This document shows positions 13,301 to 25,119 of a stretch of DNA of 49,793 nucleotides, in pieces; the first letter of the stretch is position 1; each line of letters opens with the position of its first letter. The stretch covers positions 8,776,564 to 8,826,356 of the forward strand of contig NC_069001.1 of assembly GCF_001194135.2 (NCBI RefSeq), read 5' to 3'. Under the pieces are notes generated by a model. The model was given only the letters and a program-made list of their open reading frames with translations. It was not told the origin of the DNA and ran no database searches. The DNA comes from Octopus bimaculoides. Its lineage: Eukaryota. Position numbers and translations under genes: made by a program.

Positions 13301-13958
13301 TTTGATTAAAATTTTTTTGTGTGTGTTTTTTCCAATTCTTTTCTTTTCGTTTTGTTTTGTTTGTTATTTCTTTTTATTTGATTTCAAATCTCAGTTTTTA
13401 TTATTTTATCACTTTAAAAATGAATGATTTGTATATAAATATATTGTATATATTTTTTCTTTCTTTCTTTCACTTTTTAGTTCATTCCTTGTTTCGATGC
13501 GTCTTCTTACTTTCCTAGTCTTTCATCCTTCGTCGCTTTCAAACCTCGAAATAACCGCAAAACGTGACTGGTTTCAATGAAAATAAGTTTTATACTTATG
13601 TGTTGAAACTTATCTGGGAGGTAGCAAATGACTTTATCGTATGTTCTTCTTACCAGCTGATGGTGTTATGCGTTAACAGGGTGTTGATGGTAGATTTGTT
13701 GCTGCTGTTGTTATTAGCGTCGGAGGTGGTCGTGATGATAGTATTCAGAGTGATGGGGGCAGGAGCCGTTTGCCGGGAATTACTCTTTGCTTATCGATTA
13801 GTTATTAGGATCAATAAGAAAACAGCCTCAGCTTGATTGCCGTAATCATGCTGTAATAACATATGTACTTTTCTTATTTTTGTTTTGTTGGCACTTGAAA
13901 TGAAAATAGAACATTGGGTATGACCCACTCTCCAGCCGATCCAATAATTTTTCTCACG

Positions 13959-14178
13959 AAGGCGGCGAGTTGGCAGAAACGTTAGCACGCCGGGCGAAAA
14001 GCTTAGCGGTATTTCGTCTGTCGCTACGGTCTGAGTTCAAATTCCGCCGAGGTCGACTTTGCCGTTCATCCTTTCGGGGTCGATAAATTAAGTGCCAGTT
14101 GCACACTGGAGTCGATCTAATCGACTGGCCCCCTCCCCCAAAATTTCGGGCCTTGTGCCTACAGTAGGAAAGAATATT
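13959..14178 (+). mobile_element. tRNA-derived SINE family B with Deu/Nin-like central domain
   Basis: ggcggcgagttggcagaaacgttagc..gagttcaaattcc..gtcgactttgcc.ttcatcctttcggggtcgataaattaagt. The core resembles the Deu/Nin SINE domain. Confidence 0.75.
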
Positions 14179-14258
14179 TCTTCTCTCGTCTTTTGGATAG
14201 AGAAGAAATATTTACATCTCGATTTATTTACATATGTAACACGGAGAGAGAGAGAGAT

Positions 14259-14289
<31 letters not shown>

Positions 14290-14431
14290 CAGAGAGAGAG
14301 ACAGAGAGAGAGATAGAGAGAGAGACAGAGAGAGAGGGAGGGAGGGATGTATATGTATGTATAATGCATGTACAAGCACAAATAGGGGTAGCTGTGTGTA
14401 TTTGAGTGTACGTCTATATACCGGCTCTCTC

Positions 14432-14467
<36 letters not shown>

Positions 14468-14491
14468 GTCTGTCTCTCTTTCGATACACAC

Positions 14492-14890
14492 AGGTGCACA
14501 CTTGGTTGTGTGGTTAAGAAGTTCGTTTTCCACCAACATGGTTTCAGGTTCAGTCCTACTTCGAGACACCTTGAGATACAGGCTTCTACTACAGTAGATC
14601 CTAAGTGGATTCGACGGATGGAAACTGAAAGAAGCTCGTTGTATGTATGTATATGCGTTTGCTAGGGAGTGTGTGTGTGTGTGTGTGTCTCTGCGTTTGT
14701 GCTTTTCGCCCACCACTGCTTGACAACCAGAGTTGGTGTGTTTACATCCCCATAACTTAGCGGTTTGGCAAAAGAGCCCAATAGAATAAGTACAAGGCTG
14801 TTGAAAAATAAGTCCTGGGGTCAATTTGTTTGAGTAAAGACGCTTCAAGGCTGTGCCCCAGCATGGTTAGTCAAATGACTGAAAAAATGA
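14492..14890 (+). mobile_element. SINE family A, full-length diverged copy
   Basis: Head ggttgtgtggttaagaag..ggttcagtcc, internal (TG)n, tail gtcaaatgactgaaa. Confidence 0.8.
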
Positions 14891-15302
14891 GGAAATGTCT
14901 GTAATGCTTTGAGTATTTACTCATCTTTCAAAAAGATGGGATAGAAATGGAGAGAATAGAACAGAGAAGAAAACTTAGAGGAATTGAAACAAACAGTTCT
15001 ACAAATTCTNNNNNNNNNNNNNNNNNNNNNNNNNNNNNNNNNNNNNNNNNNNNNNNNNNNNNNNNNNNNNNNNNNNNNNNNNNNNNNNNNNNNNNNNNNN
15101 NNNNNNNNNNNNNNNNNNNNNNNNNNNNNNNNNNNNNNNNNNNNNNNNNNNNNNNNNNNNNNNNNNNNNNNNNNNNNNNNNNNNNNNNNNNNNNNNNNNN
15201 NNNNNNNNNNNNNNNNNNNNNNNNNNNNNNNNNNNNNNNNNNNNNNNNNNNNNNNNNNNNNNNNNNNNNNNNNNNNNNNNNNNNNNNNNNNNNNNNNNNN
15301 CA

Positions 15303-15676
15303 GTGGAGGCGCAATGGCCCAGTGGTTAGGGCAGCGGACTCGCGATCATAGGATCGTGGTTTCGATTCCCAGACCGGGCGTTGTGAGTGTTTATTGAGCG
15401 AAAACACCTAAAGCTCTACAAGGCTCCAGCAGGGGATGGTGGTGAACCCTGCTGTACTCTTTCACCACAACTTTCTCTCACTCTTTCTTCCTGCTTCTCT
15501 TGTACTTGTATTTCAAAGGGCCAGCCTTGTCACACTGAATATCCCCGAGAACTACGTTAAGGATACACGTGTCTGTGGAGTGCTCAGCCACTTGCACGTT
15601 AATTTCATGAGCAGGTTGTTCCGATGATCTGATCAACTGGAACCTTCAACATCGTAAGCGACGGAGTGCCAACAAC
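15303..15676 (+). mobile_element. tRNA-derived SINE family C
   Basis: gtggaggcgcaatggcccagtggttagggcagcgg (A box), ggtttcgattcc (B box), tail gagtgccaacaac. Confidence 0.85.
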
Positions 15677-15820
15677 AAAGAATAACGAGGTGTAACTACA
15701 TCTGTTTAAAACAGTGAAAGGCTTAAAAATTGTTGTTCAGCTACTTTAAATCTATCTTAGGTTTTGTAGTACATGATGTGCTGTGCATTAATATTTATCA
15801 TTATTATTATTAATAATATT

Positions 15821-16033
15821 AAGGCAGCAATCTGCCAGAATTGTTAGCACGCTGGGCAATATGCTTAGCGGTATTTCGTCTGTCTTTACATTCTGAGTTC
15901 AAATTCTGCCGCGGTTGACTTTGTCCTTCATCCTTTCAGGGTTGATAAATTAAGTACCAGTTGCATATTGGGGGTGATCTAATCAACTGGCCCACTCCCA
16001 CAAAATTTCAGGCCTTGTGCCTATAGTAGAAAG
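15821..16033 (+). mobile_element. SINE family B copy (further copies at ~3412-3613 + and ~48285-48455 -)
   Basis: Colinear with 13959-14178. Confidence 0.75.
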
Positions 16034-16199
16034 CTTTATTATTATTATTATCATTATAATTAAGGTAGCAATCTTGCATAATTGTTCAGAGTTCGGTCAG
16101 CCATGCCAAATTGTCCTTGTCCAAACAGACCCACCCAGTTGTCTCATTCTGCTCCAGTGATTTGTGAACATATAAAAGTTAATCGGCGCATGTAATTAG

Positions 16200-16484
16200 G
16201 TGCATGTGTGGATATGCTTTCATTCATGTAATGGATATGTCTCTTTTGTATGTATGTGTGTGCTATATGTATATATAGTGTATATATATATATATATATA
16301 TACACTATATATATATTACATATATATATATATATATATTATATACATATTTTATATATGTATGAGTGTGTGTGTCTGTATGTATGTGTATGTATGTATA
16401 TATGTATGATTATGCGTGTATGTATATGTATGTTTATTTGTATGTATATATATGCATACATACACATATATACATATATACACA

Positions 16485-16525
<41 letters not shown>

Positions 16526-16874
16526 NNNNNNNNNNNNNNNNNNNNNNNNNNNNNNNNNNNNNNNNNNNNNNNNNNNNNNNNATATATACATACGTACATA
16601 CATATATACATGCATACATACATACGTATATTATGTAATTATAAGAATGGAAATGAATGTAAAGAAAACAAAAAAAAAATCAATGGTAATCAGGTAAACA
16701 GCGATCAAAACTAAATATTACAATTGAGAGAAAGCCAACTGAGCCAATTGAACAGATNNNNNNNNNNGTATGTATGTGTATGTATGTATATATGTATGAT
16801 TATGCGTGTATGTATATGTATGTTTATTTGTATGTATATATATGCATACATACACATATATACATATATACACA

Positions 16875-16923
<49 letters not shown>

Positions 16924-17103
16924 CTTATATATACATACGTACATACATATATACATGCATACATACATACGTATATTATGTAATTATAAGAATGGAAATG
17001 AATGTAAAGAAAACAAAAAAAAAATCAATGGTAATCAGGTAAACAGCGATCAAAACTAAATATTACAATTGAGAGAAAGCCAACTGAGCCAATTGAACAG
17101 ATA
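16200..17103. repeat. (TA)/(TG)/(CATA) microsatellite block with a near-identical duplicated segment across a 10-N gap
   Basis: ~16378-16757 is repeated at 16768-17103. Confidence 0.85.
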
Positions 17104-18056
17104 CCAAAGATGATATTCCTGAGATGTATACAATGAGATAATGAGAAATGTGAAACAGCAGATCTCAGAAGAAAGATTGTGATGGCTGGAAATTCATTTC
17201 GAAAATGTCAGACATATCGATACCAAGAAATATTAATATCAAACACAGAAATATCATCATCATCATCATTGTCATTCAATGTTCATGTCCCATGCTGTCA
17301 TGGCGTGGCACCTTGGGCTGAGCAAACCCTTATGAGTGGATTTGGTAGATGGAAGCTGAAAGAATCCCATTGTGTGTGTGTGTGTCCTCTTCCATCACCG
17401 TTTGACAACCAGTGTTGATGTGGAAAAAGAGACTGACGGAATAATTACCAGGCTTAAGAAATAAGAAATCCTGGGGTTTGATTTGTTCAACTAAAACCCT
17501 TCTAGGCAGTGCTCCAGTATGGCCGCAGTGAAATTATTGAAACTAGTATAAGAGTAAAAGAGTAAGCATACTAGAAAACACTAATAAATAATTTACAAAA
17601 ACCTAGTGTGACCCTTTTTCTTTTTAAAAACCCAGTTTAAAATTTCTCAAATGAAAGCTTCAATTACCAACATTAACTTTGACCTCTCTCTCACCTATTT
17701 CCTGCAATAAATTGAATCAGCATTTTCTCTAAACATTGTTTATGATTCACTTAAATAGAACTTCATCATATACACAAAGAATCATGATTAGCCATAAAGA
17801 AAACTTTAATCAGCACAAGTTGTAACATGAATGTGACATTTCTGTCTCATGAGCTACAGTGAAAAGTTTAATCTTTAATGTATAAGCCTGGCTGAATCCA
17901 AACAATAGCCATCACACACACACACGATAATTTTTTAAAATATTTTTGCATTGTTTTGGCAACAAAAATATTTAGAACAGTTATGTATTTGAGACAATGC
18001 TTCCTGAAAACAGTACTACTCTGATATGTGTGTGTGTGTGTGGGTGAACTCAAATT

Positions 18057-18449
18057 TACTCTTTTACTTGTTTCAGTCATTTGACTGCGGCCATGCTGGG
18101 GCACTCCCTTTAGTCGAGCAAATCGACCCCAGTACTTATTCTTTGTAAGCCTGGTACTTATTCTATCGGTCTCTTTTGCCGAACCGCTATATTACGGGGA
18201 CGTAAGCACACCAGCATCGGTTGTCAAACGAAGTTGGGGGGACAAACACAGACACACATGTATATATATATATATATACATATATACGACGGGCTTCTTT
18301 CAGTTTCCGTCTACCAAATCCACTCACAAGGTTTTGGTCGGCCCGAGGCTATAGTAGAAGACACTTGCCCAAGGTGCCACGTAGTGGGACTGAACCCGGA
18401 ACCATGTGGTTGGTAAGCGAGCTACTAACCACACAGCCAATTCTACGCC
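18057..18449 (-). mobile_element. SINE family A, full-length well-preserved copy
   Basis: Colinear with the copy at 1-403, including the internal (TA)n. Confidence 0.85.
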
Positions 18450-19205
18450 CGTAAAAATCTTCTGAAAATTCCAAAAACTAAAAAAAGTTATGAGAGGTTT
18501 ATACAGGGTGATGAACCAGAATTCTTCCGGGGCATGTTTGGCCTTTAATATAGACCCATAGATCGCAACCCCTTTCACTTGATGGTGTTTTACAAACACC
18601 TCCCCCTCCTCCTCATAGCTTACTATAAATTTTTAAAATTAGCTGATTGTTTTAATCAATCGAAGCCTAATTCTGCACAGTGGTTTATTATCTGATAAAA
18701 GATATGCTTCTTTTTAGATATTACCTTAGCTACAGTACCCTATATTTTTTTTAATTCATATGTAAATTACCGAAGAAAATGTTGATTTATGTAACGAAAT
18801 TATATTGTACCCTAGCGTATCATGAATCATACTTCTGCTGAAAAATTTAATTTCGATCACAGAAAGCACCTGTTCACTCTATAGTTATTGACAAAGGGAA
18901 ATAACTTGGCCTATATAGTTATCTCCCTTGCAATAATTACAATTATGCTAAATGAAATTGAATGAATTGAGACAAAATTTCCATGAAATGAAATGCTCTT
19001 TGCTTAACTAAATGATAATAATAATGATGATAATAGTTACTGCACATACCCCAGCAACACGGAGGTATAACAGGTGATACAGTAGAAATTTGCCAGAAAC
19101 TTCTAAATGTTGATTAATAATAATATTCCTTTCTGTTATAGACACAAGGTCTGAAATTTAAGGTGGTGCTCCAGCATGGCCGCAGTCAAATGACTGAAAC
19201 AAGTA

Positions 19206-19416
19206 TTGGTTTCCAATTTTGGCATGAGGATAGCAATTTCGGTGGGGAGGAGTAAGTCGATTGCATGGATTCCAGCGCTCAACTGGTGCTTATTTTATCG
19301 ACCGCGAAAGGATGAAAGGCAAAGTCGATCTCGGCGGAATTTGAACTCAGAACGTAAACACGGACAAAATACCGCTTAGCATTTCGCCCGGCGTGCTATT
19401 CTGTCAACCCGCCAGC
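19206..19416 (-). mobile_element. SINE family B copy whose 5' part is duplicated at 19726-19800
   Basis: Reverse complement of the family B sequence. Confidence 0.75.
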
Positions 19417-19724
19417 TTGTTGGCACTCCGTCGCTTACGACGTCGAGGGTTCCAGCTGATCCGATCAACGGAACAGCCTGCTCGTGAAATTAACGTGCAA
19501 GTGGCTGAGCACTCCACAGACACGTGTACCCTTAACGTAGTTCTCGGGGATATTCAGCGTGACACAGTGTGACAAGGCTGACCCTTTGAATTACAGGCAC
19601 AACAGAAACAGGAAATAAGAGTGAGAGAAAGTTGTAGTGGAAGAGTACAGCAGGGTTCGCCACCCTGCCGGAGCCTCGAAACCGCGAGTCCGCTGCCCTA
19701 ACCACTGGGCTATTGCGCCTCCAC
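19417..19724 (-). mobile_element. SINE family C inserted into a family B SINE
   Basis: Reverse complement of family C from ttgttggcac to gcgcctccac. Confidence 0.85.
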
Positions 19725-21216
19725 ACTCAGAACGTAAACACGGACAAAATACCGCTTAGCATTTCGCCCGGCGTGCTAACTATTCTGCTAACCCGCCGGC
19801 TTAAAAGAGCAAAAGTGTTGCTAATTAAAAAGATAAGAGAACTCAAGTTTAAAATAAAAACAACTGTGAGGAGAGTTATGCTAAGGGAAGGAACTGTAAG
19901 TTTACATTTGTCGAGGTCAGTGTTCATTCACAAGTCGTAATTAATATTATTTTTGTTGCAAGACAGAAAGTAGAAACTTACAGCAAAGAAGTACGTGTAA
20001 CAACTTATAACTCCGGTTTGTATAATTCCATGGCCTTGCAATGTTACTTTCATTGATTTAAAACCTTTTCTGTTTTTATAAATTCCTTTTTAACGGGAAA
20101 CAATTGAAAAACATAGAGAGGATTTAAGTTTTTAGATTTATCATGTATAGATTGAAGTTATTCTGTCGCACTTCGACGCTTTTATTGAACTTTTGCTTAT
20201 TGTTGTAATTGGTTTTTGTTGACGTTGGAATTGTAACATCGTTGATCGTACGTACTAAGTCACACATTTGGCAGCTGGTTATAGCCTCTCGAGCACTTGT
20301 ACTGTTCTATTTGATGGCCTCACGCCGATTTAGCACCCCCCCCCCACTCGTCCTACGAATTTAATTTCTCCTAATTTTCTTCGTAGTTTCTTTTTAACGG
20401 AATTTTAAATATATACATCTTTCACTTTCTGCTCTCATTTCGAAGCAAATGTCGCTTTCCACACGTCTTGAAAACAAAAGTAAAATAAATTAGATTATTT
20501 TACGGAAATTAACGAACAATCAGCTGATCCAAAAGACATGTTTGCAAGTCAAAACGAAACCTCACCTAAAAGCCCCCCCCCCCAATTTGTTGTTAACCAG
20601 AAAATAAAGAAATTTATATCTTTAACCATTCTATAACTTACTCGTGATTGTTGCAGTATTAAGGCCACATGGTGTCGTTCAAGAAACGATTTGTTCGTAA
20701 CAATATGATGATAGGCCAGAGTTGACGAAATAAGTTCTTCGCATATTAGGCAAAGTTTATGTGAGATCTGGACACCCATTTAAGTTGAATCTTCGGCACT
20801 ACTTAAATACAGAGGTCCCGATGCATCTACGTAACGATAAGGTGAGGTTAGTTCTAGGGTCGTTTAGGGTTTGGCGCACATGGCGGAGACGTGAGATTTG
20901 GCTGTTATTTCTAGCATGTGGATAGTCTGCTTGAAGGCCAAGGCTGAAGAATCGGAAGGCGAGGGATTGGAGGGACTGTAGGCTTTAGTCATCACTGCCT
21001 GGTCCTTAGGTTTGCAAACACTCAGGTTAGAACTTGTTTGCTCCATCAGTGCCCTCAGCAGTTTCACAGGCCCTAAAAAAAGTGTCATGGGCACTGCCTT
21101 TTCTGTTGACTAAAAGATTTTTTTTTTAAAGTGGGGGAAGGGGGCAACTTTCCTACTTTATTTATTTGTTTATTTTTTTATATTTTCAGGACTCAACAGT
21201 GAAAATTTTTACTTAG

Positions 21217-21285
21217 TTGAAGAGAGAAAATGAGAAATCCTGCGAAGGAAGTTTATATGAAGAAGATTTTGCTAAGTTCATGACT
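21217..21285 (+). CDS. Candidate upstream coding exon of paralog A (LKRENEKSCEGSLYEEDFAKFMT)
   Basis: ttacttag acceptor and ACT|gtaagg donor; 69 nt in phase 0/0. It joins in frame to GAC at 21581 (after ccaggcag) and to a candidate first exon ATG..AAG|gtgagg at 20821-20841. A stronger acceptor at 21189/21190 would instead give a short uORF, so the model is uncertain. Confidence 0.3.
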
Positions 21286-21553
21286 GTAAGGAGTGAAGAT
21301 CCTAATATTTCAGGCCCTTGCTCTTTGCTTGAAAACAACAAAGAGAAAAAGAGAGAAAGTCTTGTTGGGTTTTTTGCATTTTAGAAGATTTTCCTTTTGC
21401 CTGCTTTTGTCATATAAAGGGAAAATATATTGTCAACTTCATGTGACAAATAAATAAAAATTGACTCAAACTTGCAATAATAAATTATCAAAATATTTCT
21501 GTTAAAAAAAAAAGGCTATATGCCACAAAGTGCTAAAGAATTACTCGTATTTA

Positions 21554-22363
21554 ATGACCATATGTAACCGTTCCAGGCAGGACGTGAAAGACAAGCCTGA
21601 CATCATGAAGCGTATTGAGCAATGTGAAGGTAGCTCAAAGTGGACAGTTGTTTTGTCAATCTGTGTATTTTTGATATGTTGTTTTGTGCCATCAAAAAGT
21701 TTTCAAGCAGTCAACATATCTAACATATCCGAACCACCTGTGAATCCTTTCAAGAAACTTGTACAGAATATTAAAACCCTGAAAAACATGTTTAAAACCC
21801 AATCAGATCGTACATGGAATATCCTGAAATCCAGCACTCATCATATTATTACATCTGAAGAACCTGACAGACCAGCTGTGATTATGATGGTTTTACCAAA
21901 TAGCAAATCTGAACCAATGGCACTTTGTCTAGCCCAACACTTCTCACATGACATCACTAAGATTCTTAATTGCCATACTGCAACGGCAGCTTCATATCCT
22001 GCTATCAATGGTGCTGAGTATGTAAACTATGAAATTGGTGATCAGAAAATAAAACTAGATAATTCCATTCAAAACTTGATTAAATATCACAGATCAATAA
22101 TAATTAATCACTTAGAGAAATTTCACAGCGAAACTGTAATGTATTTTCATGGTCTCTGTGACACAACTGAAGCTATGTACAAACAAATTGCTGTAATATT
22201 TTTACTGGAGACTCCTTATGAAATAAAAAATGAAGTAGAGCTGTCATTATATTTAGAAAATTTGTGGAGTGACATAGACCATATTAGAATTAAACCTCTT
22301 CTTTCAAGGCTTGCCAACAATGTAATATTTTTGAATGAAGACGAAAGCTTTAAACACTGTTAG
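21554..22363 (+). CDS. TOR1AIP-like: Torsin-1A-interacting protein-like (LAP1/LULL1 family, LAP1C luminal domain), paralog A with short N-terminus
   Basis: Open frame with one hydrophobic segment (WTVVLSICVFLICCFVPS), then family motifs FKTQSDRTW, EPDRPAVIMM, ALCLA, HLEKFH..TVMYFHGLCD, LW..IKPLLSRLANNVIF and a C-terminal Cys. These match the LAP1 pattern (LRCLS, FYKYCDHE, LWSRISHLV). The Arg finger codon AGG is at 22307-22309. The ORF-track start at 21530 is GTG; the first ATG is 21554, and the true N-terminus may be spliced. Confidence 0.88.
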   Translation: MTICNRSRQDVKDKPDIMKRIEQCEGSSKWTVVLSICVFLICCFVPSKSFQAVNISNISEPPVNPFKKLVQNIKTLKNMFKTQSDRTWNILKSSTHHIITSEEPDRPAVIMMVLPNSKSEPMALCLAQHFSHDITKILNCHTATAASYPAINGAEYVNYEIGDQKIKLDNSIQNLIKYHRSIIINHLEKFHSETVMYFHGLCDTTEAMYKQIAVIFLLETPYEIKNEVELSLYLENLWSDIDHIRIKPLLSRLANNVIFLNEDESFKHC

Positions 22364-23241
22364 TAAATCTTCCCTTTACATGTGTGTTTTAGTTCAGTCA
22401 TTAAGTTTGTGGTCTACGAATCAATGGTACATATCCTGGCAACAGTGATAGGCTGTGACGTTCACAAACAAAATTGTTAATAGCTAATCAACTTCGCTGT
22501 AAACAACGATCATGGTGCATCAAATTTATTTGCAGTGACAGACAAGAGTGTTTGTTAGCTTCTAATGGTTGTATTATCTCTTTTCTTGGATTTGTAGCCT
22601 GGAACAAAGATAAGGCTTTCTTGTAAACACTATATGATGTTTAATACTGTGTTTTTTAATTCAGTGGAAAATTATTAAAATATATTTTTTATAACTGACG
22701 TTTTATGTAATCATTGAAATGATAAAATATTTTTACCATGAGTCACTCTTTAAATGAGAGAATGATTTACCATACATCTCAGGCAACAACTTTCCAAACC
22801 ATGGGTCTGTTTGGGTAGTCAGTACTGGTGAGGGGTTTTATAAAGTCAGAGTGCAAATCCTACCTAAACTTCTTTTTGTAGCCCCTTACGACACACAGAG
22901 TAAACGTTGGGTCTGTTCTCTGGCATACCAGTTCCCTACACAGCACTAAAGCAATGTGAAATGAAGTGTTTTGTCCAAAGAAATAACATGCCGTCTGGTC
23001 TGAGAATTGAACTTATGATTTGGCAATTGAGAGTGCAACATTCTAACCACAAGGCCAGAAGCCTTCACAAAAATGAAAGTATGTTAGATGGAGTATTTTC
23101 TTCATCTACTGTCATAGAGAGAAAAAATATACTAAGTGTAACAAAGAGTAAAGGGGAAAAAAGAATTAATTAGACCAAGAATAATTAAGTAGTACATTTC
23201 CTGTCATATACTTAAAGACCTGAATTTTGACATTGATACAG

Positions 23242-25119
23242 TTATTCTTGAGTTCGTGTACATATATGTGCAACTAAGTTACTTTTTTGAGAGAATGATA
23301 TGCCACAAATATCACAATGATATGGTTTCTCTCCTGTATGAATGTATTTGTGTCTAGTTAAGTGACTGATCTGAGAGAATGATTTACCACAAACATCACA
23401 GAGATATGGCTTCTCACCAGTATGAATATTTTTGTGTTTTGTTAAGAGATCATTTCGAGAGAATGATTTACCACAAATGTCACAGTGATATGGCTTCTCA
23501 CTTGTATGGATTTGTTTGTGCCGAATTAATTCACCATTTTGAGAGAATGATTTACCACAGATACCACAGCAGTATGGCTTCTCTCCTGTATGAATACGTT
23601 TATGTCTAATTAAGTGATTATTTTGAGAGAATGATTTATCGCAGACGTCGCAATGATACGGCTTCTCTCCTGTATGAATGCGTTTGTGTGCAGTTAGAGT
23701 ATCTTTTTGAGAGAATGATTTACTACAGATATCACAGTGATATGGTTTCTCCCCTGTGTGAATGCGTATGTGAGTAGTTAAAGTATATGGATGGGAGAAA
23801 GCTTCACCACAGATAACGCAGTGATATGGCTTCTCTCCTGTATGAATGTGTTTGTGTATAGTTAGCTGACTTGTTTGACAAAAAGATTTACCACAGACAT
23901 CACAACAATACGGTTTCTCTCCTGTATGAATGCGTTTGTGTCTAGTTAGTGTATGTCCATATGAGAATGTTTTACCGCAGATATCACAGTGATATGGTTT
24001 CTCGCCAATGTGATTCCATCTGTGTTTAGTTAGATTATCACTTTGAGAGAATGATTTACCACAAATATCACAGCAATAGGGTTTCTCTCCTGTATGAATG
24101 CGTTTATGTATAGTTAAGCTATGTGCTTGAGAAAATGATTTGCCACAGATATCACAGTGATATGGCTTCTCTCCTGTATGGATACGTTTGTGCTTAGCTA
24201 GGTGATCATTTTGAGAGAATGATTTACCACAAATACCACAGCAATATGGCTTCTCACCTGTATGGGTGCGTTTGTGTTTTGTTAAGAGATCATTTCGAGA
24301 GAATGATTTACCACAAGAATCACAGTGATATGGCTTCTCCCCTGTGTGGACACGTTTATGAGAAGTTAATACACTATTTTGAGAGAATGATTTACCACAA
24401 ATATCACAGCTGTAGGGTTTCTCTCCTGTATGAATCCGTTTGTGTATTGTTAAGTTATGTCCTTGAGAAAATGATTTACCACAGATATCACAACAATATG
24501 GCTTCTCTTCTATATGGTTCCTTTTGTGTTTATTCAAATGATCATTTTGAGAGAAGGATTTACCACATATATCACAGTGATATGGTTTTTCTCCTGTATG
24601 AACGCGTCTATGTACAGTTAAGCTATCCTTCTGAGAAAATGATTTACCACATATATCACAGCTGTATGGCTTCTCTCCAGTATGAATGCGTATGTGAGTA
24701 GTTAAGTGATCATTTTGAGAGAATGATTTACCACATAAATCACAGCGATATGGCTTTTCTCCTGTATGAATTCGTTTGTGTTTAGTTAATAGATCATTTC
24801 GAGAGAATGATTTACCACAGATATCACAGCAAAATGGTTTTTCTCCTGTGTGAACACGTTTATGAGAAATTAACTCACTATTTTGAGAGAATGATTTACC
24901 ACAGATATCACAGCAATATGGTTTCTCTCCTGTATGAATACGTATATGTCTAGTTATGAGATCATTTCGAGAAAATATTTTACCACAGATATCACAATGA
25001 TATGGTTTTTCTCCTGTACGAATACGATTGTTAATGGTTTGTGAGAATGACTTTTTAAGGATATCACAGTGGTATAATGTTTTTCCTTCCTCAATCTTTA
25101 CATCATCAGGAAAACTCAT
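23242..25119 (-). CDS. C2H2 zinc-finger protein, single-exon array of 20 intact fingers plus degenerate first and last fingers (625 aa)
   Basis: 28-aa periodic repeats C-x2-C-x12-H-x3-H with TGEKPY-type linkers; 15+24+20x28+26 = 625 aa. No KRAB/SCAN/BTB domain is visible. This is typical of the expanded coleoid C2H2 family. Confidence 0.96.
   Translation of the reverse strand: MSFPDDVKIEEGKTLYHCDILKKSFSQTINNRIRTGEKPYHCDICGKIFSRNDLITRHIRIHTGEKPYCCDICGKSFSQNSELISHKRVHTGEKPFCCDICGKSFSRNDLLTKHKRIHTGEKPYRCDLCGKSFSQNDHLTTHIRIHTGEKPYSCDICGKSFSQKDSLTVHRRVHTGEKPYHCDICGKSFSQNDHLNKHKRNHIEEKPYCCDICGKSFSQGHNLTIHKRIHTGEKPYSCDICGKSFSQNSVLTSHKRVHTGEKPYHCDSCGKSFSRNDLLTKHKRTHTGEKPYCCGICGKSFSQNDHLAKHKRIHTGEKPYHCDICGKSFSQAHSLTIHKRIHTGEKPYCCDICGKSFSQSDNLTKHRWNHIGEKPYHCDICGKTFSYGHTLTRHKRIHTGEKPYCCDVCGKSFCQTSQLTIHKHIHTGEKPYHCVICGEAFSHPYTLTTHIRIHTGEKPYHCDICSKSFSQKDTLTAHKRIHTGEKPYHCDVCDKSFSQNNHLIRHKRIHTGEKPYCCGICGKSFSQNGELIRHKQIHTSEKPYHCDICGKSFSRNDLLTKHKNIHTGEKPYLCDVCGKSFSQISHLTRHKYIHTGEKPYHCDICGISFSQKSNLVAHICTRTQE

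Noticed and set aside
15303-15380. tRNA-like sequences with A and B boxes (also at 27426 and other SINE heads)
   Set aside because: They continue into SINE bodies and tails and lack a convincing cloverleaf and terminator, so they are not tRNA genes.
16200-17059. YI/CV/HT-rich ORFs
   Set aside because: Translations of (TA)n, (TG)n and (CATA)n repeats.
16378-17103. ~340-380 bp tandem duplication
   Set aside because: The copies are essentially identical and separated by a 10-N placeholder, which is typical of unmerged contig overlap.
18490-18560. IQGDEPEFFRGMF resembling a gelsolin-type motif
   Set aside because: No splice context; it overlaps a TA-CAGGGTG Tc1-like terminus.
23379-24701. Plus-strand ORFs with repeated MIYH..DMASH motifs
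   Set aside because: Antisense shadows of the periodic zinc-finger array.
23242-25119. 84-bp periodic repeats as a possible CRISPR-like or satellite array
   Set aside because: The period equals one 28-aa C2H2 finger and is fully explained by the coding sequence.
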